This document shows positions 18,903-26,654 of a stretch of 31,464 nucleotides of DNA, one piece after another. The stretch lies in the IMG/VR virus record IMGVR_UViG_2563366860_000002; one strand, 5' to 3'. Made by a program: the position numbers and the translations under genes. This DNA is from a virus (Duplodnaviria; Heunggongvirae; Uroviricota; Caudoviricetes). The notes under the pieces are model-generated. The model was not told the DNA's origin, searched no databases, and saw only the letters and a program-made list of their open reading frames with translations. Within the stretch, counting starts at the first letter, position 1; each line of letters starts with the position of its first letter.

Positions 18903-19121
18903 ATCCTCACCCCGATGTACACGGATGGTGCAATATGTTTGAAAAGATCGGAGTCTACGGGGTAGTTTTGACAGCACACGTTGTTCTCAACGGCGCTAAA
19001 AAAACATACACATTAAAAATGTGGGTAATTATTTTGAAAGAAAGTCATATATAAAATAATAATACGAGAAATGTTTTCATATTTAGTGTACTGTATACGG
19101 CCATTTATACAGGAAAAGCCT

Positions 19122-19292
19122 ATGTCAGAACGTAAAAACTCAAAATCACGCCGTAATTATCTCGTTAAATGTTCCTGCCCAAACTGCACCCAAGAGTCAG
19201 AACACAGTTTTTCAAGAGTACAAAAAGGTGCCCTTTTGATCTGCCCTCATTGCAACAAAGTATTCCAGACAAATCTTAAAGCTGTAGCCTGA
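19122..19292 (+). CDS. Small zinc-ribbon protein (56 aa)
   Basis: ORF 19071..19292; ATG at 19122 with AGGAAAA RBS; two CxxC pairs (CSCPNC...CPHC). Confidence 0.5.
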   Translation: MSERKNSKSRRNYLVKCSCPNCTQESEHSFSRVQKGALLICPHCNKVFQTNLKAVA

Positions 19293-19350
19293 TTGATTTT
19301 ATTAGTAACAAGTATTTTTTATATTTTAATAATATATTTAAAGCAGATAA

Positions 19351-19375
19351 TAAAAAACCCGCCTGAGCGGGTTTG
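19351..19375. terminator. Intrinsic terminator, potentially bidirectional (small + strand gene / cspB-like gene)
   Basis: AAAAAACCCGCCTGAGCGGGTTTG: stem ACCCGC/GCGGGT with a T-tract on the minus side and a weaker one on the plus side. Confidence 0.5.
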
Positions 19376-19655
19376 AGATTGTGGTGCTTTTTGTGGGAGT
19401 CATCCACTTACGCACTTTGTTTTGCCATGCCAGCAGTTAGCTTCTGCTGTAAAACTATTCATGCAGCAAACCTGCACTTCACCACAATGGTTAGCATACT
19501 TTTCCTGATTAAGATTTTGCCAAATATGCTAGCCATTGTTTCATGTATTGGACCTCCTTACTTTTTATTAAAGAGATCCAATATTCACTACTCTGTCCGT
19601 ATCTCTACTCAGGCATCAGCCTTCTTCGTTATCGTATACAGACGAGCGATGAATT

Positions 19656-19871
19656 TTAATCAGTAATGATGACATTTGCTGCTGCAGGACCTTTAGCACC
19701 ACTCTCTATAGAGAAGGTAACCTTTTGACCTTCAAATAAGGTTCGATAATTATCATTCTGAATCGCAGAAAAATGCACAAACACATCTTTACTACCATCA
19801 ACAGGAGAAATAAAGCCGAAACCTTTATCAGCGTTAAACCATTTTACTAAACCAGTCATTTTATTTGACAT
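19656..19871 (-). CDS. cspB: Cold shock protein (CspB-like)
   Basis: 71 aa; [38 protein letters not shown]...; canonical CSD. Confidence 0.9.
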   Translation of the reverse strand: MSNKMTGLVKWFNADKGFGFISPVDGSKDVFVHFSAIQNDNYRTLFEGQKVTFSIESGAKGPAAANVIITD

Positions 19872-20171
19872 TCTACATTCCTTAACTTGAGCCTTTCGGC
19901 ATAAATGGTTTGCATAACAGAAACGACTTCGTACTTAATTGGAGAGACTCAAAGAAGGAATAAGTGAATAACACCTGAAATGAGAACTGCTTTAGTAAAC
20001 TACTTCGTATATCGTCTGTTCTTCAAACCGACGCAATCATTAACGCATAGTTGAACATATGAAGCAATGTTTATTTTAGACATCCAGCCATCTTCAACCC
20101 CATCAAAAAACTATAGCTTTCTTCAGGAACGTGTGTATAGTGCGCCAAGTTATCAGTATTAAGGAATTTTT

Positions 20172-20384
20172 TTGTCCCGTAAAATGACAGGAATTGTCAA
20201 AACCTTTGACGGCAAAAGCGGCAAGGGTCTTATCACCCCATCCGATGGTCGTATCGATGTCCAGCTTCATGTTTCAGCGCTCAATCTCCGCGATGCAGAA
20301 GAAATTACCACCGGATTACGCGTGGAATTTTGCCGGATAAATGGTCTGCGTGGCCCTTCAGCTGCCAATGTTTACCTTTCATGA
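20172..20384 (+). CDS. cspF: Cold shock domain protein (CspF/CspH-like, divergent paralog)
   Basis: 70 aa from TTG (AAGGA RBS) or 66 aa from ATG at 20184; [36 protein letters not shown]...; degenerate RNP motifs; divergent from the cspB-like gene. Confidence 0.75.
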
Positions 20385-20438
20385 GCTATATTAAAGCTTT
20401 AATTTCAGGCCCCATCGGATCACACATGGAGAGTTTTT

Positions 20439-20528
20439 ATGAATAACCCCGTCTGTCTTGATGACTGGTTGATTGGCTTTAAAAGCTTATGCTGTACTTT
20501 GGCCGTAATAGCTCTGCTAATAATATAA
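20439..20528 (+). CDS. Possible small hydrophobic peptide (29 aa)
   Basis: ATG with GGAGAG ~6 nt upstream; [29 protein letters not shown]; may be a leader or membrane peptide, or spurious. Confidence 0.25.
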
Positions 20529-20668
20529 TAAGCAGACTCATTGTGTTTAGGGACATTGTACTGGAAGAAAATATTTTAAACATCAGGCAAATAACCAAGT
20601 CACCAGCTAAATAATAAGTTAACAGACATGAGTCCCGGGATGAGATTCAACATTACCATTGCCCCATT

Positions 20669-20709
20669 TAAAGCACAAAACCCGCTCATCAGCGGGTTTT
20701 CTACTTTTT
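20669..20709. terminator. tR'-like intrinsic terminator downstream of the late promoter (bidirectional; also terminates the cspF-like transcript)
   Basis: Stem ACCCGC-TCATCA-GCGGGT flanked by T-tracts on both strands; ~40 nt downstream of the predicted pR' start site on the minus strand. Confidence 0.55.
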
Positions 20710-20739
20710 CTTAACGTCGGGTATACAAAGCCCATCGTT

Positions 20740-20780
20740 GAAAAAATTTTATCCATATTTTTTGAAAAATGCAAACATCA
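20740..20780 (-). promoter_or_regulatory. pR'-like late promoter (with presumed qut site) just downstream of Q
   Basis: Minus strand TTGCAT - 17 nt - TAAAAT at ~20774..20746, within 60 nt of the Q stop. Confidence 0.5.
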
Positions 20781-20805
20781 TGTCGCCATCTTCAGCAAAA
20801 ATCAT

Positions 20806-21558
20806 TTATCTCGTCACCTTCCTCAATTGCGCTTCCGCGTATGCTTCTTCCTGCCAGCACTTTGTTACCAGTTTATCAATGACGTCCGCATACCCCTTAT
20901 ACCACTGATAATCGGTCAGGTCTGGTACCAGCTTCTGGACATGACGTCGTGCCAGCGTGGTCGGTAAACGACTAAATCGGTTTCCATTACAACGCCCACA
21001 AATCTTATATACCGGTACGCCATGAAACCGGGTTCTTTTTTCATCCAGAACAATCCCTTTACCCTTACACCCTCTGCACGCTGTGCTGACTTCGCCCTTA
21101 CCATGGCAATGCTGACATAGTTCCTTCACCCATTCTTCCTTGATTACAGATTCCCCGCGTCTGTAGTGTTTCACCACTTCGCGCAATACATTATAAAATC
21201 CCGTACCTGAACAATGCTCACAGCGAGCCTTACTTGCCGCAGACCTGGAGTAATCAGCAAAGGCAAAATTCACAAGGTAAGGAATAATCTGTAACCGGAT
21301 TTCTTCACTCAATTTGTTCAATGTCGGGTTATCCAGTGCCATCGCGTAATTTAGCAGGCCTTCAATCGCAAACTGAGGGTCCTGAACACCAACTTTTGCC
21401 AGAAATAAGGCCAACCCAAGTGGTGCTTTCGACTGCACCATCCCCTGCGCTGCCATTACATCCGTAATTGTTAAACAACCGGTGCCTGTCGCTGGAGCGT
21501 CATCGCTCAATTTTGGAGATTTTGGGGAGTAATATTTTGGTAAGGCTTCAAGGTTCAT
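20806..21558 (-). CDS. Q: Late gene antiterminator Q
   Basis: 250 aa; Cys/His-rich zinc-binding region (CEHCSGTG...CQHCHGKG...CRGCKGKG...CGRCNG); position immediately upstream of pR'/tR' and the lysis cassette; same length as the Qin-type Q homolog. Confidence 0.85.
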   Translation of the reverse strand: MNLEALPKYYSPKSPKLSDDAPATGTGCLTITDVMAAQGMVQSKAPLGLALFLAKVGVQDPQFAIEGLLNYAMALDNPTLNKLSEEIRLQIIPYLVNFAFADYSRSAASKARCEHCSGTGFYNVLREVVKHYRRGESVIKEEWVKELCQHCHGKGEVSTACRGCKGKGIVLDEKRTRFHGVPVYKICGRCNGNRFSRLPTTLARRHVQKLVPDLTDYQWYKGYADVIDKLVTKCWQEEAYAEAQLRKVTR

Positions 21559-21571
21559 GCTCGTTCTCCAC

Positions 21572-22660
21572 TTACGCCAGTACGCCAGTTGCCAGCGCGC
21601 GATCGATAAAACGAAATATCAGCTCCAGTTGGGAGCCATACTTCTCTTCAAATGCCACTGTATCCGTATGCAGCTCGTTGTGATGCTTTCTGCACAAAGG
21701 CAACACAAAGAGATCATGTGCTTTTGTTCCCATTCCGCCCTGCCCGTGACCAATCAGATGATGCGGATCGTCGGCTGGCATACCGCAGCAAGCACACGGC
21801 TGTGTCTTAACCCAACGAGTGTATTTCTCCTTAACCCAGCGGCGACGTTTAGGCAGCTTCATGAAAGATTCCGGAGACTCTGGATCAACGGTGATGCTTA
21901 CCACCGTCTTTTCCTGTGGTGGTTTTTGTTGCTGGTGGGCGTAAGGCAACGGTGCAAGATTTTCTGTGCGTTGTTTCAATATGCTGGTGGCGGTCTGCTC
22001 TCCCTGTACGATGTCGCTTTCGCGGTACACCGAGCAGATTTTTTCCGCTGGTAATCCCAGCGAACGACGCGATACAGCCTCAGGTAGTGCATCCACCACC
22101 TGATTGCAGACCGCCCACCAGGATAATTCAGCCAAAGATAATTCCCGCTCCTGCGTACCGCTTATTGCGTGACGGATGACGTCAATCACCCATGCTGTCA
22201 GATTTTGTTGAGCAAGCAGCTCCAGTGATTCCGATGTCTGGTCACGCAGTTGGTTGTCGCAGTGCCAGCACAACACCATTGCGCCGGTACCATAACGGTG
22301 AATGACTGTTTCAGTGTGATGGTAATCGCCATTAGGCCACTGGCAGGATGTAACATGACGTAATAGCCAGTCAGACAATGCGCCAACGCCGCCAGTAGCA
22401 CGAATCACCCGTTCGTTACTAAAAAACGGCAGCAATGTTTTGTCTTCTGCCAGCGGCTGGCGAACGGCAGGAACGACTCCGGATGGCAGATTTCGCATGC
22501 TTTTTGGTTCCGGTTCCACCAGCACTCGAGGATTATGAAATATCTGTATGGATTCACGGCCCGGCTTAAGGACCACCAGCCCAAGCTCAGGCACCAGAAC
22601 AGGTCTAAGTAATACCCGCACGTTACCTCCAGATCCGTTGCTGGAAAGTGCGGGACGCAC
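21572..22660 (-). CDS. DUF968 (YdfU-like) protein with C-terminal HNH/zinc-finger-like motif
   Basis: 362 aa from GTG; C-terminal ...QPCACCGMPADDPHHLIGHGQGG...LPLCRKHHNELH; occupies the nin/Q-proximal slot. Confidence 0.75.
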   Translation of the reverse strand: MRPALSSNGSGGNVRVLLRPVLVPELGLVVLKPGRESIQIFHNPRVLVEPEPKSMRNLPSGVVPAVRQPLAEDKTLLPFFSNERVIRATGGVGALSDWLLRHVTSCQWPNGDYHHTETVIHRYGTGAMVLCWHCDNQLRDQTSESLELLAQQNLTAWVIDVIRHAISGTQERELSLAELSWWAVCNQVVDALPEAVSRRSLGLPAEKICSVYRESDIVQGEQTATSILKQRTENLAPLPYAHQQQKPPQEKTVVSITVDPESPESFMKLPKRRRWVKEKYTRWVKTQPCACCGMPADDPHHLIGHGQGGMGTKAHDLFVLPLCRKHHNELHTDTVAFEEKYGSQLELIFRFIDRALATGVLA

Positions 22661-22901
22661 GTGGTGGGCGTTCGGAATAAGGCAGCCTGACAGAGATTAT
22701 CCAGTGCCGATAGTCGAGACTGAGAGCTTTCTTAACCTCGAACCCGCGCCTGCGGTAAGAATGAATCAGCCATTCGGCCTGTTCTGCAGTGCATGGAGGG
22801 TGCTGGAACCATTCAGACTTGAATGCGTGAGAATACCGCCCGTGCGTGCAGGCAAGAACGGGCGAATTATCAGAATTGTAATATTTTACGTTGCGTGCCA
22901 T
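22623..22901 (-). CDS. Hypothetical protein (92 aa), overlaps the DUF968 gene start by 38 nt
   Basis: ATG with GGAG RBS; MARNVKYYNSDNSPVLACTHGRYSHAFKSEWFQHPPCTAEQ...; could instead be a frameshifted N-terminal part of the downstream gene. Confidence 0.5.
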   Translation of the reverse strand: MARNVKYYNSDNSPVLACTHGRYSHAFKSEWFQHPPCTAEQAEWLIHSYRRRGFEVKKALSLDYRHWIISVRLPYSERPPRASRTFQQRIWR

Positions 22902-22967
22902 CGGTTTTCTCCGGTGGCACGGTGTTACTCAGCGGGAGTTCAGCCCCGCGCAAGATTGTAGATGAGT

Positions 22968-23219
22968 TTATTCTTCTGCAAAAGCAGAAAAGCCAGCTTT
23001 TATTCCGATCTCTTTCAATGCCTGTAATGAAGTGACAAACTCACCTTCGCGCAAGATAAATCCGTCCGTGACCCGAGCATCCACAAAATTAATTAACGCA
23101 GCCCCATTCTTTCGCAAACACATAATGCGGTAATGACTAACAAGATTTCCATTTTCAACGCACACAGCATAGAGGCCATCTTCACAAAAAATTTTACGCA
23201 GTTCTTCGATGTTCATCAT
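22968..23219 (-). CDS. Rem-like small prophage protein (83 aa)
   Basis: Tandem ATG start with GGAAGG RBS; length and position (just downstream of hokD, upstream of DUF968) match my recollection of rem in Qin; sequence identity not verified. Confidence 0.55.
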   Translation of the reverse strand: MMNIEELRKIFCEDGLYAVCVENGNLVSHYRIMCLRKNGAALINFVDARVTDGFILREGEFVTSLQALKEIGIKAGFSAFAEE

Positions 23220-23334
23220 CAGAATCCTTCCGGATAATTAGCTCTCCCCTTTAAGGGACCATCCCTCTTATCCCTGCGCGCTACTTAAGTATTTTTGATT
23301 CTATTCCGGCACCGTCCAGATCTTCAAACGCGTT

Positions 23335-23367
23335 GAAAATAAAAACAAAAACCCGCCGAAGCGGGTT
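23335..23367 (-). terminator. Intrinsic terminator downstream of hokD
   Basis: Minus strand ACCCGC-TTCG-GCGGGT followed by TTTTTGTTTTTATTTT. Confidence 0.6.
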
Positions 23368-23435
23368 AAGTGCGGGTGCGTTGAGGATGCCTGCCACATC
23401 AGAGGTGGCGAGGGATTTCTCCCTCGCCGGGTCTC

Positions 23436-23591
23436 TTACTCCTCAGGTTCGTAAGCTGTGAAGACAGCGACCTCCGTCTGGCCGGTTCGGATTCGTACCT
23501 CGCAGAGGTCTTTCCTCGTTACCAGTGCCGTCACTATGACGGTTAAACAGATGACGATCAGGGCGATTAACATCGCCTTTTGCTGCTTCAT
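23436..23591 (-). CDS. hokD: Hok/Gef-family type I toxin (HokD/RelF-like), 51 aa
   Basis: MKQQKAMLIALIVICLTVIVTALVTRKDLCEVRIRTGQTEVAVFTAYEPEE; single TM; the overlapping longer frame (to 23648) is consistent with a mok-like leader ORF. Confidence 0.9.
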   Translation of the reverse strand: MKQQKAMLIALIVICLTVIVTALVTRKDLCEVRIRTGQTEVAVFTAYEPEE

Positions 23592-23599
23592 AGCCTGCT

Positions 23600-23720
23600 T
23601 CTCCTTGCCTTTCGGCTCGTAAGAGGCTAACCTACATGTGTCTAGCATGAAATTGGCCTCAGATTAATGTTAAGCGTCTTGCAGGACGCGTAATGTTAAC
23701 TGGGGCTTTTCTCTATCTGC
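23600..23720 (+). ncRNA. Putative Sok-like antisense RNA opposite the hok mRNA leader (approximate position)
   Basis: Inferred from hok/sok paradigm only; the hok leader region is ORF-poor; no promoter or terminator mapped. Confidence 0.3.
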
Positions 23721-23828
23721 CTTTCAGTGTTCATGCCTGAGACAGATAGCCTCAAGCACCCGCAGCCATTCTACTTAACTCACGTCACCTCGCCAATATG
23801 AAATCAATCAGAAAGGTGATCCATAAAA

Positions 23829-24515
23829 TCACTCCTTCTCTTCTTTTCCGTAGTGGAGTTGGCCAATTTTGATAAGAGGGCGTCCCTGAGATTTGCGGTG
23901 TAGATTGGTATCGCGCAGAGAATACACACAGCCACAATATTCCTGCTGATAGAATTTTTCGCGCTTGCTGATTTCAATCATACGGGACGAGCCGCCCTGC
24001 TTGCGCCAGTTATAATCCCAGTACACCATACCCGGATAATGCGCAACAGCTCGCCGCCCACACTCGTTAACCTGCTGCATATTTTTCCAGCGTGAAATGC
24101 CCAGTGAACTGCTGATCACACTGAAACCATTTTCAGCAGCGTACAACGCTGTCCGCTCAAAACGCATGTCAAAACACATGGTACAACGGATCCCCCTCTC
24201 AGGCTCCCATTCCATTCCTTTGGCACGTTCAAACCAGTTGTCGGTGTCGTAATCAGCATCGATAAACGGCACGCCGTGTTGTTCAGCAAAGCGAATATTT
24301 TCATCCTTACGAATTAAATACTCTTTCTGAGGATGAATGTTCGGGTTGTAGAAAAAGATGGTGTAGTCGATTCCCGAGGCCTGAAGCGCCTCCATCACTT
24401 CACCGGAACATGGAGCACAGCAAGAGTGCAGTAGTAGTTTGTTTGCCCCGTTTGGGAGCTCCAATTTAGGCCGTTTGAAATCAGCAATAGTCATAAATAT
24501 TTTTATTGGGGTCAT
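23829..24515 (-). CDS. DUF208 / QueH-like protein (epoxyqueuosine reductase family homolog)
   Basis: 228 aa; conserved Cys motifs [17 protein letters not shown] and C-terminal [10 protein letters not shown] as I recall for DUF208/QueH; start ambiguous (24515 or 24494), no clear SD. Confidence 0.7.
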   Translation of the reverse strand: MTPIKIFMTIADFKRPKLELPNGANKLLLHSCCAPCSGEVMEALQASGIDYTIFFYNPNIHPQKEYLIRKDENIRFAEQHGVPFIDADYDTDNWFERAKGMEWEPERGIRCTMCFDMRFERTALYAAENGFSVISSSLGISRWKNMQQVNECGRRAVAHYPGMVYWDYNWRKQGGSSRMIEISKREKFYQQEYCGCVYSLRDTNLHRKSQGRPLIKIGQLHYGKEEKE

Positions 24516-24668
24516 GAAAATAGCACAGAGTGTAGCATCAGAGCAGGGCTATCGGGAATATATGTCTAAATCTGGTAATATCTGGTTTTGACGCAAAGCG
24601 GACAACCACGCTGGCTCTACCCTGCGCCATGAAAATGTCAATTCACATCTGAACTAATGCTCTTTAAT

Positions 24669-25094
24669 CTAGTAACGTCTAAAATACCTAACATTTCCTT
24701 GATAAAATGCCAGTACACGCTGCATAGCTTCGCTCTTCCGGCACTCGCGACAGATTATATTCAGGCGCCTGTCGTAGCGGCGTATTTCGCCGTCTGGTAA
24801 CGACCAGATAAGGTCCGGATCAACCACTGCAGGTTTCTTCACCTTTGCCCTTGAGAGTTTTTTGCGAGCATTTTGCCAGTCCTTACGCGCCTGTTCAGAC
24901 GGGAATAACCCGTAACCAGAGTTGTATACATCGCCACTGGCAACCAGCTCTCTGGCGAGAACACTCATCAGATATCTTGTCGCACCTGTCTTGGCTTCCA
25001 GTTGCCGCAACGTCTCGCGACCGCTCAGACGTACAAGTTCAACAACCTGCCCTTTAATTTTTTCCCGCTCTTCTTGTGTAAATACTTTTGCCAT
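24669..25094 (-). CDS. Hypothetical nin-region protein (141 aa)
   Basis: ORF 24669..25109 (TTG); ATG at 25094 with GGAGG RBS; basic C-terminus with CxxC (ICRECRK); no family recognised. Confidence 0.6.
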   Translation of the reverse strand: MAKVFTQEEREKIKGQVVELVRLSGRETLRQLEAKTGATRYLMSVLARELVASGDVYNSGYGLFPSEQARKDWQNARKKLSRAKVKKPAVVDPDLIWSLPDGEIRRYDRRLNIICRECRKSEAMQRVLAFYQGNVRYFRRY

Positions 25095-25109
25095 AAGCGC
25101 CTCCGGCAA

Positions 25110-25880
25110 TCACTTTTCCGATACAACACGGCGGGAAGAATCAGTAATCTGTCGAACAATATCCCGGTGCTTGTTCAGCTCCCGCAGCGCGGCGCAGACT
25201 CGCTCCCACTTCTGAACATCACTTTTCGCCCTGCGCAGCGCCAGGTTTGCCCTGCGAAGGGACGGAAAAATCAGCTCATCTGCTTGCGTTTCGGTAAACG
25301 ATGGCAACGGCTGCACAATGTCCGCCACAGTTTCTGTTTTAATTTCTTCCTGTGTTGCGGCTTCCCGGACTGGTAACGCAGCACCTGCTGGCTGAGGAAA
25401 GGCCTTACCATCACTTTCCGTTACCAGCGCGGCTTTCGGCTCTGCTGGTAAATTATCGCCCGGCATGCAGTAACGAAATTTACCGTTCTGATTAACGCGT
25501 GCCAGCCGCCCCGTTGCGGTTACCACCGCCAGCGTGGAAGCAACCTTGCGAGTACTGACACCGAACTTACCCGCCAGTTCCTCACACGTTTTAGCCCCAT
25601 CCTGACCGATAAACTCAATCATCATGTCTGCGGTAACTTTTTGTTCGACCTCCCCGGTCAGCATATCCTGTGCTTCAGATTTTACTGGCCGCTCTTCGGT
25701 TACCCGGGATTCACCTTCGCCAGCCAGAAACCAGGTGTGACCAGTTTTATCAACGACGCCTTTTCTTTTGAGTTCCCACAGCTCGTTGACAGCCTCTTCA
25801 CGACTGATTCCAAGGCGAGCTGCCACCACATGTGAAGAGGCTTTTTTCAGTGCTTTCAGTGCGTCAGATACGGTTTCCAT
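25110..25880 (-). CDS. DUF1627-like prophage protein (N-terminal winged-HTH-like)
   Basis: 256 aa; ATG start; N-terminal ...AARLGISREEAVNELWELKRKGVV...; family call from memory. Confidence 0.65.
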   Translation of the reverse strand: METVSDALKALKKASSHVVAARLGISREEAVNELWELKRKGVVDKTGHTWFLAGEGESRVTEERPVKSEAQDMLTGEVEQKVTADMMIEFIGQDGAKTCEELAGKFGVSTRKVASTLAVVTATGRLARVNQNGKFRYCMPGDNLPAEPKAALVTESDGKAFPQPAGAALPVREAATQEEIKTETVADIVQPLPSFTETQADELIFPSLRRANLALRRAKSDVQKWERVCAALRELNKHRDIVRQITDSSRRVVSEK

Positions 25881-25901
25881 TAAAATTTCCTCCGGACAAA
25901 A

Positions 25902-26648
25902 TTACTTCACAACCCTCATATTGCTGACATTTGGACGCCAGCTATCCCAGTTAAACGTCACCCATCGACCACCGTTCATGGTCATGCGGTCCATAATCCT
26001 CTCACCAAGAAGCGTACTCATTGCGGCATGATTCAGGTTTGTTAACATCCCGACACTGCACAGTGATGCTGTCCGGCGATCAATTATCTGGTGCAATACC
26101 ACCTGCTCGTTTTTCGTCTCCCGCTGAACGCCTATTTCATCCAGGACCAGCAAATCAACCCCGCAAAGCTCCTGTAAAAATTTTTCCCCGGATTTGCCGT
26201 TGTCGTAGCTGTCATGCAACACGCTCATGACGTCAGACACGGTGACGATAATCACGCTGCGCCCCTTCACCATCAGCCGGTTGCCCATCGCCGCTGCAAG
26301 GTGATTTTTCCCGGTGCCGGTTTTACCGCTGAACACAAAATTCGTGCACCCGGTCATCAGTTCGTCAGCTATGGATTTGGCCTGGCTCAGCGCGTATTTT
26401 TGCCCGTCGTTCTGCACCTGATAATTTGCAAACGAGCATTTGCTGTGCAGAGGCTGGATGCCCGAACGATTCAGGATTTTTTCCACCCGCAACTGGCGAT
26501 TCTGGCGGTTAATCTCCTCGCTGCGTTTTCGTCCTTCAGCAAGTTGCCATTCCCGCCACTCCTCCACCGTCCGGTACGGTGGAACCGACCCCTGTGGTGC
26601 AAGTCTGCGAATACGTTCAAGAACCCCAACTGCCGCAATGTTTTTCAT
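25902..26648 (-). CDS. DnaC-like replicative helicase loader (IstB-like AAA+ ATPase)
   Basis: 248 aa; Walker A FSGKTGTGKNHLAAA, Walker B LLVLDEIG; immediately downstream of the O-like initiator. Confidence 0.9.
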   Translation of the reverse strand: MKNIAAVGVLERIRRLAPQGSVPPYRTVEEWREWQLAEGRKRSEEINRQNRQLRVEKILNRSGIQPLHSKCSFANYQVQNDGQKYALSQAKSIADELMTGCTNFVFSGKTGTGKNHLAAAMGNRLMVKGRSVIIVTVSDVMSVLHDSYDNGKSGEKFLQELCGVDLLVLDEIGVQRETKNEQVVLHQIIDRRTASLCSVGMLTNLNHAAMSTLLGERIMDRMTMNGGRWVTFNWDSWRPNVSNMRVVK

Positions 26649-26654
26649 GACACG

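Noticed and set aside
18980-20800. Searched the Q-S interval for tRNA genes, which are common there in lambdoid phages
   Set aside because: No segment with plausible acceptor-stem pairing and T-loop (GTTCRA) arrangement found by eye; the interval is occupied by csp genes. A tRNAscan run would be needed to be certain.
20916-22401. ORFs 20916..21104, 21557..22054, 21916..22179, 22198..22401 overlapping Q and the DUF968 gene
   Set aside because: Nested or antisense within longer, better-supported frames.
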